A stretch of DNA of 64,000 bases. Origin: Nemertoderma westbladi (lineage: Eukaryota; Animalia; Xenacoelomorpha). Position 1 is the stretch's first letter. Every line of letters starts with the position of its first letter. The notes beneath the pieces were generated by a model. It had not been told where the DNA came from. It saw only the letters and a program-made list of their open reading frames with translations, and made no database searches. Made by a program: the position numbers and the translations under genes. Positions 26,737-38,855 of the stretch are shown here, one piece after another. Where the stretch lies: contig JAUCBJ010006658.1 in the NCBI GenBank assembly GCA_032718475.1, positions 21,738 through 85,737 of the forward strand, given 5' to 3'.

Positions 26737-27250
26737 ACACGAAGTGGGGACTTCGCGCAGCACGAAGTTGGCAGATCCTTAGCGAATTGACACTGTTAGG
26801 GGGTAGGTCAATTTATGCAAATAGTCACGTTGGCCCTCTAGCGGCAGACTGGAGAACTGCAGATGGATTCGCCTCCTTTGAAAGTCACAGCTAATGGTCT
26901 AATACATATCTGCCAAGTTTCAGCTTAAACGGATTAAAAGCAAAGAAATGGGAGGGCATTTAATGTTTAGACATGTGGTCGTCTAGCGGGAGACCATTGC
27001 ACTGATGGTGTCTGAAAGTCTCTCAAAAATCTCAACTTTTGCTCATATTGATACCTACAAATTTTCAACTTGGCAGCTTTAAATCCGACAAAGTTATTAG
27101 CATGTCAACATCGTAACGACGACGACGACGACGACAACGACGACGACGACGACGACGACAACGACGACGACAACTATTTGCATAAATTGACCCACCCCCT
27201 AACAGTGTCAATTCGCTAAGGCTCCGCCAACTTCGTGGCTCGCCCCACAT
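26737..27250 (-). mobile_element. HINE/DINE-1-like element nested in the transposase gene
   Basis: ~80-bp subterminal inverted repeats (26744-26825 vs 27172-27248), a (CGA)n microsatellite, and termini shared with 337-1966. Confidence 0.65.
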
Positions 27251-27985
27251 TCGCAAAAAAACGCAAGTAGAAGCCTGAAGGACATCGCTTATAAACGTTG
27301 TAATTAACAAAAAATTGAACTCTGAGGAGTCACCCTTAAGCATGAAGCAATCGCCAGCTTTAATCTTTAGTGGTATACCCTTTCGACTACAGCTTGCTAA
27401 TATATGCGCTTTGTTTGCTGCTTCTTTGACCATTTTATTGACTTGTTTTGATTTTAGGGAATACTTGAGTTTACTTAAGAAGGTTTCAAACTTAAACGCT
27501 GACCAATTATCCAGAGCTCCATATTTTAGTACAAACTGCGGCAAATGAAGTAAAGAATGCATATTGAATGTGTACATACGTTTTGTATACAGACTACCCA
27601 AATTATCATGGAAGTTTATAATAAGTTCTTCAGCAAAGTCTATATAACGACATTCAGAGACTAATTCTTCAGAGATCATCAAACGAATTGCGAGATGAAG
27701 GCACATCAGGTTGTCAAAGTATTTACTTGGAAGGAATGAATTAAACAAGGGACTGGCATATAACAGTAATGACCTATACTCAGTGGCCTTAAAAAAGCTC
27801 ACCTCATCAAATCCCCGAACACGCCTGTTGAAAGAAGAAGGCATATATGAGCCAAATTTTCTTAGAAGTATATTTACATTTCCTTTAGTGCTGGGTTTCA
27901 TGGTGCACGGCAAAACCATACTTCGTTTAGTGCTTATCCATGCCTTAATAAGTGTTTTCATAGCACCTAAACATACACAACGCCA
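27251..27985 (-). pseudogene. EnSpm/CMC transposase C-terminal fragment
   Basis: LGAMKTL...W, PSSFNR..R, FKATEYR.LLLY, FNMHSLLHL and GALDNWSAFKFE motifs. The N-terminus is deleted and the 3' end is interrupted. Confidence 0.78.
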
Positions 27986-28034
27986 TTCTACACCAAACGT
28001 ACACCGATATAGCACTGGATCATTTTTTACTGGG

Positions 28035-29270
28035 CTATTTGACTGTTCCAAAGTCGCAAGGATGCCCGGATGTCCGGAAATCCGACCAAAACGTCTGTAT
28101 TTCCGGGCAAACTGTCCAAATGACTGCCCGGAATTCTGTAAATCCGGGCGTCCATTAAACTTGTCTGTTCGACTATTTCTCCGTTCTAAAGTCGCCCGGA
28201 TGTCCAAACGCCCGGGCACTGGAATGCCCGGAAATCCAAAAATCCGGCAAAATGTCCGGATTTCCGGGCAAAGTTGTCCAAAAATGCCCGGAATTCTGTA
28301 AATCCTGGCGTCCATTAAACTTGTCTGTCTGATAATTTGACCGTTCCAAAGTCGCCCGGATCTCCGGATACACGGGCACTAGAATGCCCGGACATCCAAA
28401 TATCCGGCAAAATGTCCGGATTTCCGGGCAAAGTTGTCCAAAATACTGCCCGAAATTCCGTAAATCCGGGCGTCCATTAAACTTGTCTGTTCGACTATTT
28501 GTCCGTTCTAAAGTCGCCCGGATGTCCGGACGCCCGGGCACTGGAATGTCCGGACATCCAAAAATCCGGCCAATTTTCCGGATTTCCGGACAAATTTCTC
28601 CAAAATACTGCCCGGAATTCCGTAAATATTGGCGTCCATTAAATTGTCTGTCCGACTATTTGTCCGTTCCTAAGTCGCCCGGAAGCCCGGGCACTGGAAT
28701 GCCCGGAAATCCAAAAATCCGGCTAAATGTACGGATTTCCGGGCAAAGTTGTCCAAAATACTGCCCGAAATTCCGTAAATCCGGGCGTCCATTAAACTTT
28801 TCTGTTCGACTATTTGTCCGTTCTAAAGTCGCCCGGATGTCCGGACGCCCGGGCACTGTAATGCCCGGACATCCAAAAATCCGGCAAATTTTCCGGATTT
28901 CCGGGCAAATTTCTCCAAAATACTGCCCGGAAATCTGTAAATCCGGGCGTCCATTTAACTTGTATGTTCGACTATTTGTCCGTTTCAAAGTCTCCCAGAC
29001 GTCCGGGCACTAAGATGCCCGGACGTCCTCGAATCCGGCCAAATTACTGTATTTCCGGGCAAATTGTCAAAATGACTGCCCGGACATTTGGCAAATGTGG
29101 GCGTTCATTAAAATTGTCTGTCCGACTATATGTCCGTTCCAAAGTTGCCCGGATGACGGGCGCTAGAATGCCCGGAAATTTAGAAATCCTGCAAAAAGCC
29201 TGGATTTCCGGGCAAAGTTTTCCAAAATACTGCCCGGAATTCTGTAAATCAGGTAAATCCGAAGTAGAAG
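28035..29270. repeat. CCGG-rich ~125-bp satellite-like array, right part
   Basis: Same orientation as 22200-23421 and resumes mid-unit after the TIR. Confidence 0.88.
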
Positions 29271-29271
29271 T

Positions 29272-29412
29272 ACAATGTACAAGTACAAGTACAAGTACGA
29301 GTACAAGTACGAGTACAAGTACAAGTACAAGTACAAGTACAAGTACGAGTACAAGTACAAGTACAAGTCCAAGTACAAGTACAAGTACAAGTACAACTAC
29401 AAGTACAAGTAC
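29272..29412. repeat. (ACAAGT)n microsatellite
   Basis: More than 20 hexamer copies. Confidence 0.95.
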
Positions 29413-30190
29413 CAGTAACCGATACCAATAACCGATATTGATATTGTAATCGACATTGAAACCAATGGCATTTCATAGCACAGCATATATAATAATAAAT
29501 TTCGAATAAGGTTATTCTTCATACTGATTCTCAGTTCTGTATATAAATAGAAAGATCAATTTACAGTGAATCTAAAGAACTTTAAACCAGCATTTTTCAT
29601 CCACTTGAACCCAAGATACAGCTATCACAATATACCCATGTCCCACACTATGCATTATTTTCAAAGAAATAATATCCCGCCCTTCATTAATTCAACAATA
29701 GGAATAGTGTTACACACCACCATGTGGCACATTACGAATTTACATCCGACGCTAGAGACGCTACGAACAGACGGCCCGGGGGGGGGGGGGGGGGGGGGGG
29801 AGTAGCCGCTGGAGACAATTATAAATTATATTAAGTTTAATATTAATATTATATTAAGGACTGGCCCTTACCATGGTATTGCCATAGTTACTCCATGTTA
29901 TTCTATGGAGCGATATTGGAAAAAAAACATAATGTCAATTCTGCTATGCCCATTGGCTGCCTTAGACACATTTTTAAAAGACACTTTCACAAAAATGTCT
30001 TTGATTTTCAAAAAACGTCTTTCAGACATTTCTGCAAACTATAATCTTCAAATATTATTGACTTCAATACCTACACATTTCTGCTGTTAATTAAGTGAAA
30101 ATATCAAGTATTTTTCTACGTCCTCTTCTTATCCTTTGTTTCACCTAAATAACAGCTAAAAAGTGAGATTCGCCTTATCTTTCGGAAACT

Positions 30191-31389
30191 TGTACGCGCT
30201 TTTGAAGACCTTTAGCAGTTTAACCTGCCAAAATTTATATGTCTTTGGTTTATGTTCAGACTTTAGAAGATGACAGATATTTAATTCCAATAAACACAAC
30301 ATTAGCCGAAGCCAGCCTAGTGCGCGTCCATTCACCCGCTGGATATTCCCGGGAGACTGGGTTCGGATGTGGCTTAGTTTTTGTTATTGCAGTGAAGCCT
30401 ACTGTATTATTCGATTGATCGTTAATAAATAATTCCTGACAAATATTATTCACTTTCGGGAAATATTAACAGTTCCTTTAGGACGTGGCGCTCTACCTAA
30501 GTAAACAGAGTTATGACTTATACTACACGCAACGGTAAGGCTTATAATTCACGTATAAGGCGCATTCTTTAGGAAATGCTTTGTTATCGGTCACAATCAT
30601 GCACACTACCGGTACCGCACAATACTGCACACTAATCTGCCGACCGTCAATGAATTTGATCACACATAAAGAGAACAGCAATTGACCTATGTAGTGTCTA
30701 TCAAATAGCATTAGGTTCACTACAAACCACGATAACATAAGTCGCAATTGTTATATATAGCCTGTCTCTCTAACCTGTAGTGTATCAAGAAAATTGGGAA
30801 ATTTGGGTTCTTTATAGATGTTCTCCAAATAATAATATTCAACCAACTGATAAACACAACAGTAAATAGCATTAAGACGGTAGGTTAAGATATAATATGA
30901 TTAGACTGTATGCTGATTGGGTCGGTTGATAACAGTTATACGTTCTATAATCTAAGCCTACTAATGTTTTACTAAAAGTCTGAAACAAGTCATTCCAAAA
31001 GCCGATGTTCTGGCGTAGGATGAATAACAACACACACCTCTGTCCCTGTTGCAGGTATCTTTTACACAGAGAGGAATAGCTCTCATTGGCAGAACACCAG
31101 AATCCACAGGTTCCACGAATGTCTAAATGCCGAACTATCAGGATTTTGGCATCCCTTGGCCAACACACAAAATGAGTCACTCCGCTCGGTTGTCCTGGTT
31201 GCATACTCTGCTGCTATAGCTCTGGTTGGCCGGTAGAACATAGCAAAGATCCCCTCGTACAGCAAATCAGCCAATCAGCCGGTCGCTTGTATCATTCGAG
31301 TTAGTGAGCCTTTTAGAGTATTCCAGCGCCTGGGGGGAAACTGGATTGCAAAGCAAAAGGGCCAGTTATATCCCACAGAAGCTTTTACA
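30191..31389 (-). repeat. 3' LTR of element 1
   Basis: Direct repeat of 41126-42315. Preceded on the element strand by a short purine-rich GGGAGCGG (PPT candidate, 31390-31397). Confidence 0.93.
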
Positions 31390-31467
31390 CCGCTCCCAGA
31401 AAATGGGATTTAAGTCTATAAAATATACAAAATCACAGTTTCTAATATACGTAAATACTCTAAACAG

Positions 31468-33064
31468 TTAGTCTTTCTTACGCGGACGGCGTTTACGCAG
31501 TTTTTTTTTTAAAGCTAGCCAGAGTCTTTTTCTCTTTGGGGCGAGCCACTTTACAAGGAGGGCTATAACTCCTGGGTGAAGGGTGCAATATGATTGCATC
31601 AGAGGGTGTAGGATTATGGTCGGTGTATCCGCCAGTCGAAGTGCCGGGTTGATTGACATCAACGTCGGGGGAGAGGGGTCTAACGGCCTTGAGAGCGCGT
31701 TTTAGGACAGCCGCTCTTACGGGTCCTTTACGAGTGGTCTGAACGAGAGCCGTGGGTGGACCATAGGCAGTCAGAAACCACCTGGGTTTAATGGTTCTTT
31801 CCAACTCGCGTTCGCGGGCTCGGTATTCGTAAGGCCGTCGATATACTTCCTGTAACTCGGGGTGTGAGTTAACAAATAAGTCTCCATAGTCCGGGTCCTG
31901 ACGGATATAATTGATTAAGTTATAGGAATGAAGGTCGCTAGGATTAACACTCCTAAGAAATTTGCGTACGAATTTGGTTGAAATACATTCTCCGACGCGC
32001 TTCAGTAGTTCGTAACTCGATATGCGTGATTTCTGTTCGACAGAAGCGAATAGATAAGGATGGAACGCATAAACTCCTTAGTAAGCGCGTCCAGGATAAT
32101 AGCGATGGCACGAATCACAATGTAAATCAGCGTTCGCTTCCCAAGCTCTGATGTAACGTAGTGTGATCATTTCATCTACGCTTTCCAAATCGTGACCAAA
32201 AGGGCAATCGAAACTGGCGTGTCTCTTTAGTTGACAATGGTGACATTGAGTCATAAATTGAGGGCAAACCGCAAAAATGTGCAAGTTATTGAGTCTGCAA
32301 TAGGCACAATAAATTTCCATCTCCGGTTGTTCGTGGAAATAGGAACAGCGGACGTTTGTGTCTTTCAGTTTGTTGGTTAGGTCTAGGGCATTCGTCACAA
32401 TAATACCAAAGACGTACGTCCTGTAAAGAAAGCGCGGGTGATCGTTCTCCAGTTTTGCAATATTTTTCCATTTGTTCAAAAGTATCCGGGATAACAGGTA
32501 GTGGACGATCGGCGGTAAGATACATCATAGTGAAATAGAGCCGTTTGAGTTCTACCATAGGGTCATGATGTATACCTTGAGGATATCGAGTCTCTAGGTT
32601 CTGATGACTGGCGATGTTGAGATAGGTTTCTCTCAAAATTCCAGGTAGTCGTTGAAGTCGATGCGTTTATCCGGTTCTTCAACGTTTTCTCTTTCCAGTC
32701 TGTTACGAATAGAATTTTCGTGTTCTATTCTCGGTTTATCGTTACGACTCCGCTGGGTATGATATTTAAATAGAACCATTTCCCTTTCGGTGTCTACATC
32801 GTCCGTATCATGTAAATCGATAGGATGGCAGGTAGTTAAGAAGTCCATATACGTACCATTACGATGCGTATAGTGAGCGGTAAATTTTCGATAGTCCAGT
32901 TTACGCGTAAGTTGCTCTTGGGACATCGGCGGTTCGATATAACGACCATCGCCCTCCGTAATGGTTGGATCGGCTTCACCGCGTATCAAGCTATCCACAA
33001 ATGCTTGTAAAGGTAGAGTATATCGCTCCCTGATACCAAGATCATCTTCTATCAACTCCGTCAT
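31468..33064 (-). pseudogene. Disrupted extra 3' ORF of element 1 with two CCHC-type zinc knuckles
   Basis: Consecutive overlapping ORFs (33064-32633, 32636-32286, 32479-32078, 31804-31493) joinable by small frameshifts and one stop. Contains CAYC-x5-H-x4-C and CHHC-x4-H-x4-C. Confidence 0.6.
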
Positions 33065-34737
33065 ATCTGCTATTGGGGTTTATTAATATTATAAAGAGTT
33101 TATGTTTAGGCGAGCGGGCGTCGCTGCCTACCTTTCTTTGCCCCCGGACAGTGGGATTCTCAGCGCCGATGTACCGTCGTCGAGACGCCAACATGTAGCA
33201 ACAGCACGACAACGATAACCGGCACAAGTCACTCCACTGTCCATCCCAAAGGCTTGAATCCACTTTAGGTTCTTTCTATAGGAGAGTTGGGCTACTTTCA
33301 CAATTGCGACTAGCTACTGTAAACATACTTTAGCAGTAACATTCACCTATAAACGCACAAATTCCACACAACTGTAACCAATTGTACACATACAGGCCAT
33401 TTGTCCGTTAGTCAGTGCCTTCCAGAATGTCACGTTATTACTGTGTATCCTTGGATACTAACAGTGTACTACGTATTCTCTATGCTAGGCAATGGGACAA
33501 GCTTTCTATTGTTCTTTTAATTTGCTTCTAATTCTAGCGTGGGTGTTGCTATGGTGACATTATGGAAAGCTAGCGGTAGAATTAGGGTAATTCCAATGCA
33601 TACAGATCTGGAATGCTATTTAATAGTAATTCTTTAATTGTCAATATCCTCTTTATGTATGATTTTATTAATTTTATCGGCTATTGACTATAAGTTGGAG
33701 ATTCTCGCACTCTAATACACTCAATAGGATGGATCTCCGCTCCCATGATCTATTAATTAATGGAATTTTGGGAATGTTATAAATTGCACAAATGACAATT
33801 TATGAAATTCATTTAAGATATGAATTTAAATTTATTCCCGTGAATTTTATTATTTGATGGTAAAATTGACACAATTTTATTCCAGAGCATGTCTGGGGAC
33901 CTAGGATCCTTAATGCTGTAAAATTGTCTTTTAAGAGTATCGGTAAGTGCTACGATATCTTAATTGACTAGAAATTTTAAAGGATCTAAATTTTACAGAT
34001 TTTAATAAATATTAAATTAATATTTAAGATGGGCACCGATTTATTCCAGAACTTGTCTGGGGACGTTAACCACTGATTCTAGAATTTGTCTTTCAAGTAT
34101 ATACTTGTCTGGGGACGTTAACCACTGATTCTAGAATTTGTCTTTCAAGTATATCGGTGGGTGCCGCGATATCTTAATCGACTAGAATTACAGATGGTCA
34201 AAAGGTTTAACAGATTTATTTGCGTTTTACGCTACTGTTATAGGGACATCACGCTACTATATGTATTATTTAATATAAAGTAGAAGAGCAATATCGCACG
34301 AAGCAATGTCAGTATGAAGAGGCAAGTCGTTTCCAAGGTCTACCCAGAGCTTGGTTTAGCCGAGACACGAGGATCTGAACTTTGCATTCCTAATACTCTG
34401 CCTACCAATAATACTTAAGTATAGTAGGAGCTTTATTGTACTTTAATAAGTACGGACATTTCATCTTACTGTAGTCACGTATTTATAATATGATACGGAC
34501 AGTAAGGAAAGAGAAAAAATAATTATTTCTCGCCGTCGCACTAAATATATTATAAGTAATTACGTACGTAATAAACACTAATATATTGCACTAATCTACT
34601 AAATAATCACTAAAATAACATTCTACTAAATAAAATTAAAGGAAACGATTATAATAAAATTACATAATAATACATACATAAATATAAAATAAAAGCAAAT
34701 ATAAAATGATATAGTCACACACCCACTCCATATGTTA

Positions 34738-37700
34738 TTACGTTATGGAGTCCCTAGATATTTGTCGGATTAGGGAAGTGGTCGTAGGAAGAGTATCTTG
34801 CCTTCCATAGTTTCCGGACAGTTTTCGGTCTCTTTCCAGTAAACATAAACGACCAGCTGGGCGATTGAGTTGTTGTGTTACTTTCTCCGCTCCCTTGGCC
34901 TGTCTAATCTCCGCCGTGGTAAGATGAGGAGGCCATTCTTCTTCTTCTTTACTTAAGAAGTCGGATCCACCTAACCAGCCTGGAGTATCTATCAGTTCTT
35001 GAGGAGTTGCTCCTCTGGAAGCGATGTCGGCTGGATTAATCGTCCCAAGGCAATGTCTCCATTGATCTACATTGAAGTTAATATCGTCATTATCTGAGGA
35101 GTATGGTGTTCCCTCAGTTAGTTCGTCCACCTCACTGCTCTCCACTTCCCATTCCCTTACTTGGTATACCTGTTGTTGAGGTAATCTCTCTTTGAGAGTT
35201 CTACGGGAAGGGCCAGTGAAGTACCAACCTACTCTAGTTCTTACCGCATAGGTTTGTAGTGGCTGTGGTTGAGCAGGCCGTTTCTCCAATGTCTCTAGCG
35301 CCTCATGCACGTTTTGGCCGATGAGTATTTGCACTCCAGGATAATCTGTGTGGAATCGAGGTATCTTAAGATGTTGGATGCTCTCATCCTCGTCCCAATT
35401 ATAAAGGTCTGCTTGGGTAGTAGCGAAGTTCTTTATAGCCACCATTTTTACCGACCTTATACCTTGTGCTCCTAATTTATCCTGGGGGGTGGACAACACA
35501 CCTACATAGTAGTCTGCCGTTAGGGTAGATTTCCAAACCTGCATAATTCCTGACATATTCAATTTAGTCCGGAATTTGGGTTGTCCAGCAAAGATATCTT
35601 CGGCTAGTTCTTGATCGATGAATGTTCTTGTGCTGCCGGAGTCAAGGAGGGCGTTCACTATGTAACTTTTGTTAGGACCATGAACTCTTACCTGCACTAC
35701 AGGTAATTCTCTGATTCCTACGTTGGAAGTTGGAGCTTTCCAAGATGGTTGTCTGGCAAAAGTAGTTGGGGGGAACTCATTGTCGGTGTCCTTTTCATAA
35801 GTAAGTGCTCGATACACCGCGGTATTGATTAGGTAACAGGATTCATTGGCGTCGGAAAATTCGTCCGTATAGAATCCTTCCATCTCAGATTCTTGATCAG
35901 TGTCATTTACATCACTGAATTGGACATGTAGTTCGGGCTCACTTACCTGACTCGGGTTGTTTCGTTCGAATTCACTGTGTAACAAGATGTGATGTTTCGC
36001 ACCGCACTTTGCACACTTTACGTCGGAGTAACAGGTTCCCCGTTGGTGTCCTTCTCTGAGGCAATTATAGCATAACCGCTTATCCCACATGACTTCACGT
36101 CTGTCTACCAGGGATTTCTTTAGGAATTCAGCACACACACTCAAACGGTGGGGCCCGTCGCACAGCGCACATTTTGGTTTGATGTTACTCACTTTACCTT
36201 GGGTAACGTTATGCACTCTCGCTCTTTCTTCGGGCTTTCTTCCGTGAATTCTCTTAGGAGACGTAGGAGGAGTTGTTGTTACCTGTTCTCTCCTGTCACT
36301 GGTTCGAGACTTATATTTACTTACGTCTTTATAGGTCTTGTTGTCATAGTAAGATTTTGCTGTGTCTTTCCCGCTGTCCTCTTCTCGAGAAGCTTGGCTT
36401 TCGCCGTCGTCAGTATAACACACTGGTGTTACCCTTCTCCTAGAAACGGGTTTCTCACTTACCTTATTTTCCGATGTTTTCTCTCTGGACTGCTTTATGA
36501 GTTGTAATTTTACTTCACTATCTAAGAAGGACATGAGATCAGCCATGGTAGGGCCTCGTCGTTGCTGCTCATTCATATAGAACACTTGCTTGTCCCAGCG
36601 TGTACATACTCCACCCTTTGGTAAAGTAGAGACTACGGCTCCAATAACCATGGAACTCTGATATTCATGAGACTTACCTAACCAGTCCAATTGTCTACAG
36701 ATCTCCTGAATCTCATCGGAAAACTCTATAATCCCGCTACTAAGGAACTTTCGGGGGGCTACTAATTTTGCATACAAATACTTAGCTATGTTATCCTTGT
36801 TACCATACCTGATGTTTAATGTATCCCAAACTTGTCTTAATCCATCTGGATGTCCAATAAACTTTAACGCCATTAACTTGGGAGGTCCTTCCAAGCACTT
36901 GATGAGGAATCTAAGTTTCTCTCCGTTAGATAGTACAGAGTTCTGTATGCTATATTTGTAATATTCATTGAAAGGTAACCATTTCATCTCATCTCCATTG
37001 AATTTGACGATTTCTCCCACTTTGACCGCTTGGCGGGCTTCTGTTCTAGCCATCTGACGCGTAAAGCTTTCTTGGGCCATCGTGTTATTTAATATCGAAT
37101 TATCGGTATATAAATTTCCCGGATTATTATCAGGTCTATAGGGAATATCATTAACAACAGGTTCATAATCACCCTTAATAGGGTTTGCTATAGGAGTTTC
37201 TACTTCACTAGCAGTATAGATGCGTGTAGGCTCCACACCTTGCGCATGTAATACTTCAGACCTAACAGGTTGACACAATGTTACAGGGGGTATTGGTATA
37301 CCCTTTTGTATATTGACTAAGTTGTGCGTTCTAGCGCGATACTTTGCTGCACTTCTTGCAATTCTACCCTACTTTCCCTTAATGTTCCCTTGAGTTGGTG
37401 GACAGTCTCCTGCATCTGTCCGAGCAGGAGATTCATCCCCCGTCGTCCCTCCTCTACCCACTCGACCGCCAAAGCGTGAGTCGCCAACATTGTAGCGGGC
37501 AGACGCGGGACGACGGGAGACAAATCTTTGATTTCTCTCTCAGCGTCCAGGACAGGGATATTCTCATGGACTGTTCTACCGGGTACAGGCAGTGTAGTAC
37601 TGTGTAAAGGGAATTTAGAGTTAAGCTCTGGAAGTACAGGGGTCTCTAGCACAGGAGTGGCTTTGGGAACGACAGGCCTAATTATTTCAGGCTCATCAAC

Positions 37701-38855
37701 AATGGTAGGGAGTCTTTTGACCTTAATAATTTGGTCTGTGGGTTCTTTACTACCTAAGTCTGTGCTAGCTAGTTGTCTTCTAACCGCTGGGGGCAAATCA
37801 GGCAATTTGTGACGGTGAGATGTTTTTCTACGCCTGCTTAGACGAGATCTATTTCCTCTGCCTTCAGGATCTGTAGTCTCGCCTTCTTCCGATGATGTGT
37901 ATTCTTGGCGTTTGGGAGTAGATCGACTCATCATCTGCATTTGACTAGCAGTTAACTGTTTATTTATGCAGTCTTGCGTCTCTTGCAGATTTTCCAACTC
38001 CAGTTGGGTAGTCTCCTCAGACGCTCTCCGTTCTGCTTCTGCCACTGCCTTTGCCGCATTTCTTTCCGCTTCTGCTTCTGCCATTGCCGCTGCCGCCTTT
38101 CTTTCCACTTCTGCTTCTGCCATTGCCGCTGCTACTGCTGCTGCCTTTCGGTCCTCTATCTGTTTTTTCTTTATTTGTTCTTCTTGGACTCTAACGAGGT
38201 GGAGTTTTTCATCAAATTTAGCTTGGTTTGCAGCTAACATTTCCGCATCGATTGCGTCCAACACAAGCTTGGTTCCTTCACTATTAGGGCGAAGTCCAGA
38301 CAGTCATCTCCTCAACTCTTCGTCTCCTAGGAATCGCTGATAGTCTGACAGATAGATGTCAATGGCGTCTCTAGTTTGCGGCTTCTCTGCTGCTGTTAAT
38401 TCGCTTTCCACTTCGCTTTCCACTTCGCTTTCCACTTGAGAAGAAGTGGCGTCAGTTGATTCTTCATAGGTTGGCCACTCATCATAAACCGTATCCGCCA
38501 TCTTCGCTCCGCGTTCGGGCGTCCGCTCAACAGTATCCGAACTACTGGAGCTATCGGGCCGCTGAGAACTAGGTTCTTGGCTAGGAGGTTGCTGCTGTTT
38601 GATAGCTGCTTCTTGATCCCGCTTGACTTGGGCCCGAGTGCCGATGATAGACCTACGCTGTTCTACTAGCCTAGGGTCTGACACTACTACTGTAGGGATG
38701 GCCTTTCTTACAATAGTAGGTGACTTAGACTTGGATCTAGGATGTTCTATACTTTGATCTTGGTCACAGATCCTTTTAATACGCTGTCTAAGTCTAATAC
38801 TCATTCTAACACTTTCTAAGATACTATCTGACAGTGATTTGGTTGCGTCTGACAT
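34738..38855 (-). pseudogene. BEL/Pao gag-protease with RNase H remnant, frameshifted
   Basis: Three ORF pieces colinear with 59786-63307. Knuckles CALC..H..C, CYNC..H..C, CAKC..HH.LLH, protease LLDSGS, then WRH...NPADIASRG and W.GG.DFL...EWP. No YVDD and no integrase. Confidence 0.9.

Larger units (their letters stand above)
23422..28034 (-). mobile_element. Internally deleted EnSpm/CMC DNA transposon
   Basis: TIRs CCCAGTAAAAAATG (23422) and CATTTTTTACTGGG (28034), 2-bp TSD CT. Contains a transposase fragment and a second ORF. It interrupts one satellite unit. Confidence 0.8.

Noticed and set aside
27065-28315. 416-aa ORF as a single gene
   Set aside because: Chimeric read-through of satellite, TIR, transposase fragment and HINE. 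The poly-Arg comes from a microsatellite.
30256-31274. Short ORFs repeated at 2700-3466, 41191-42200 and 57960-58211
   Set aside because: They recur only because they lie in LTR copies, and frames are not conserved among subfamilies.
31468-33064. Envelope gene
   Set aside because: No signal peptide, transmembrane segment or fusion-protein pattern visible.
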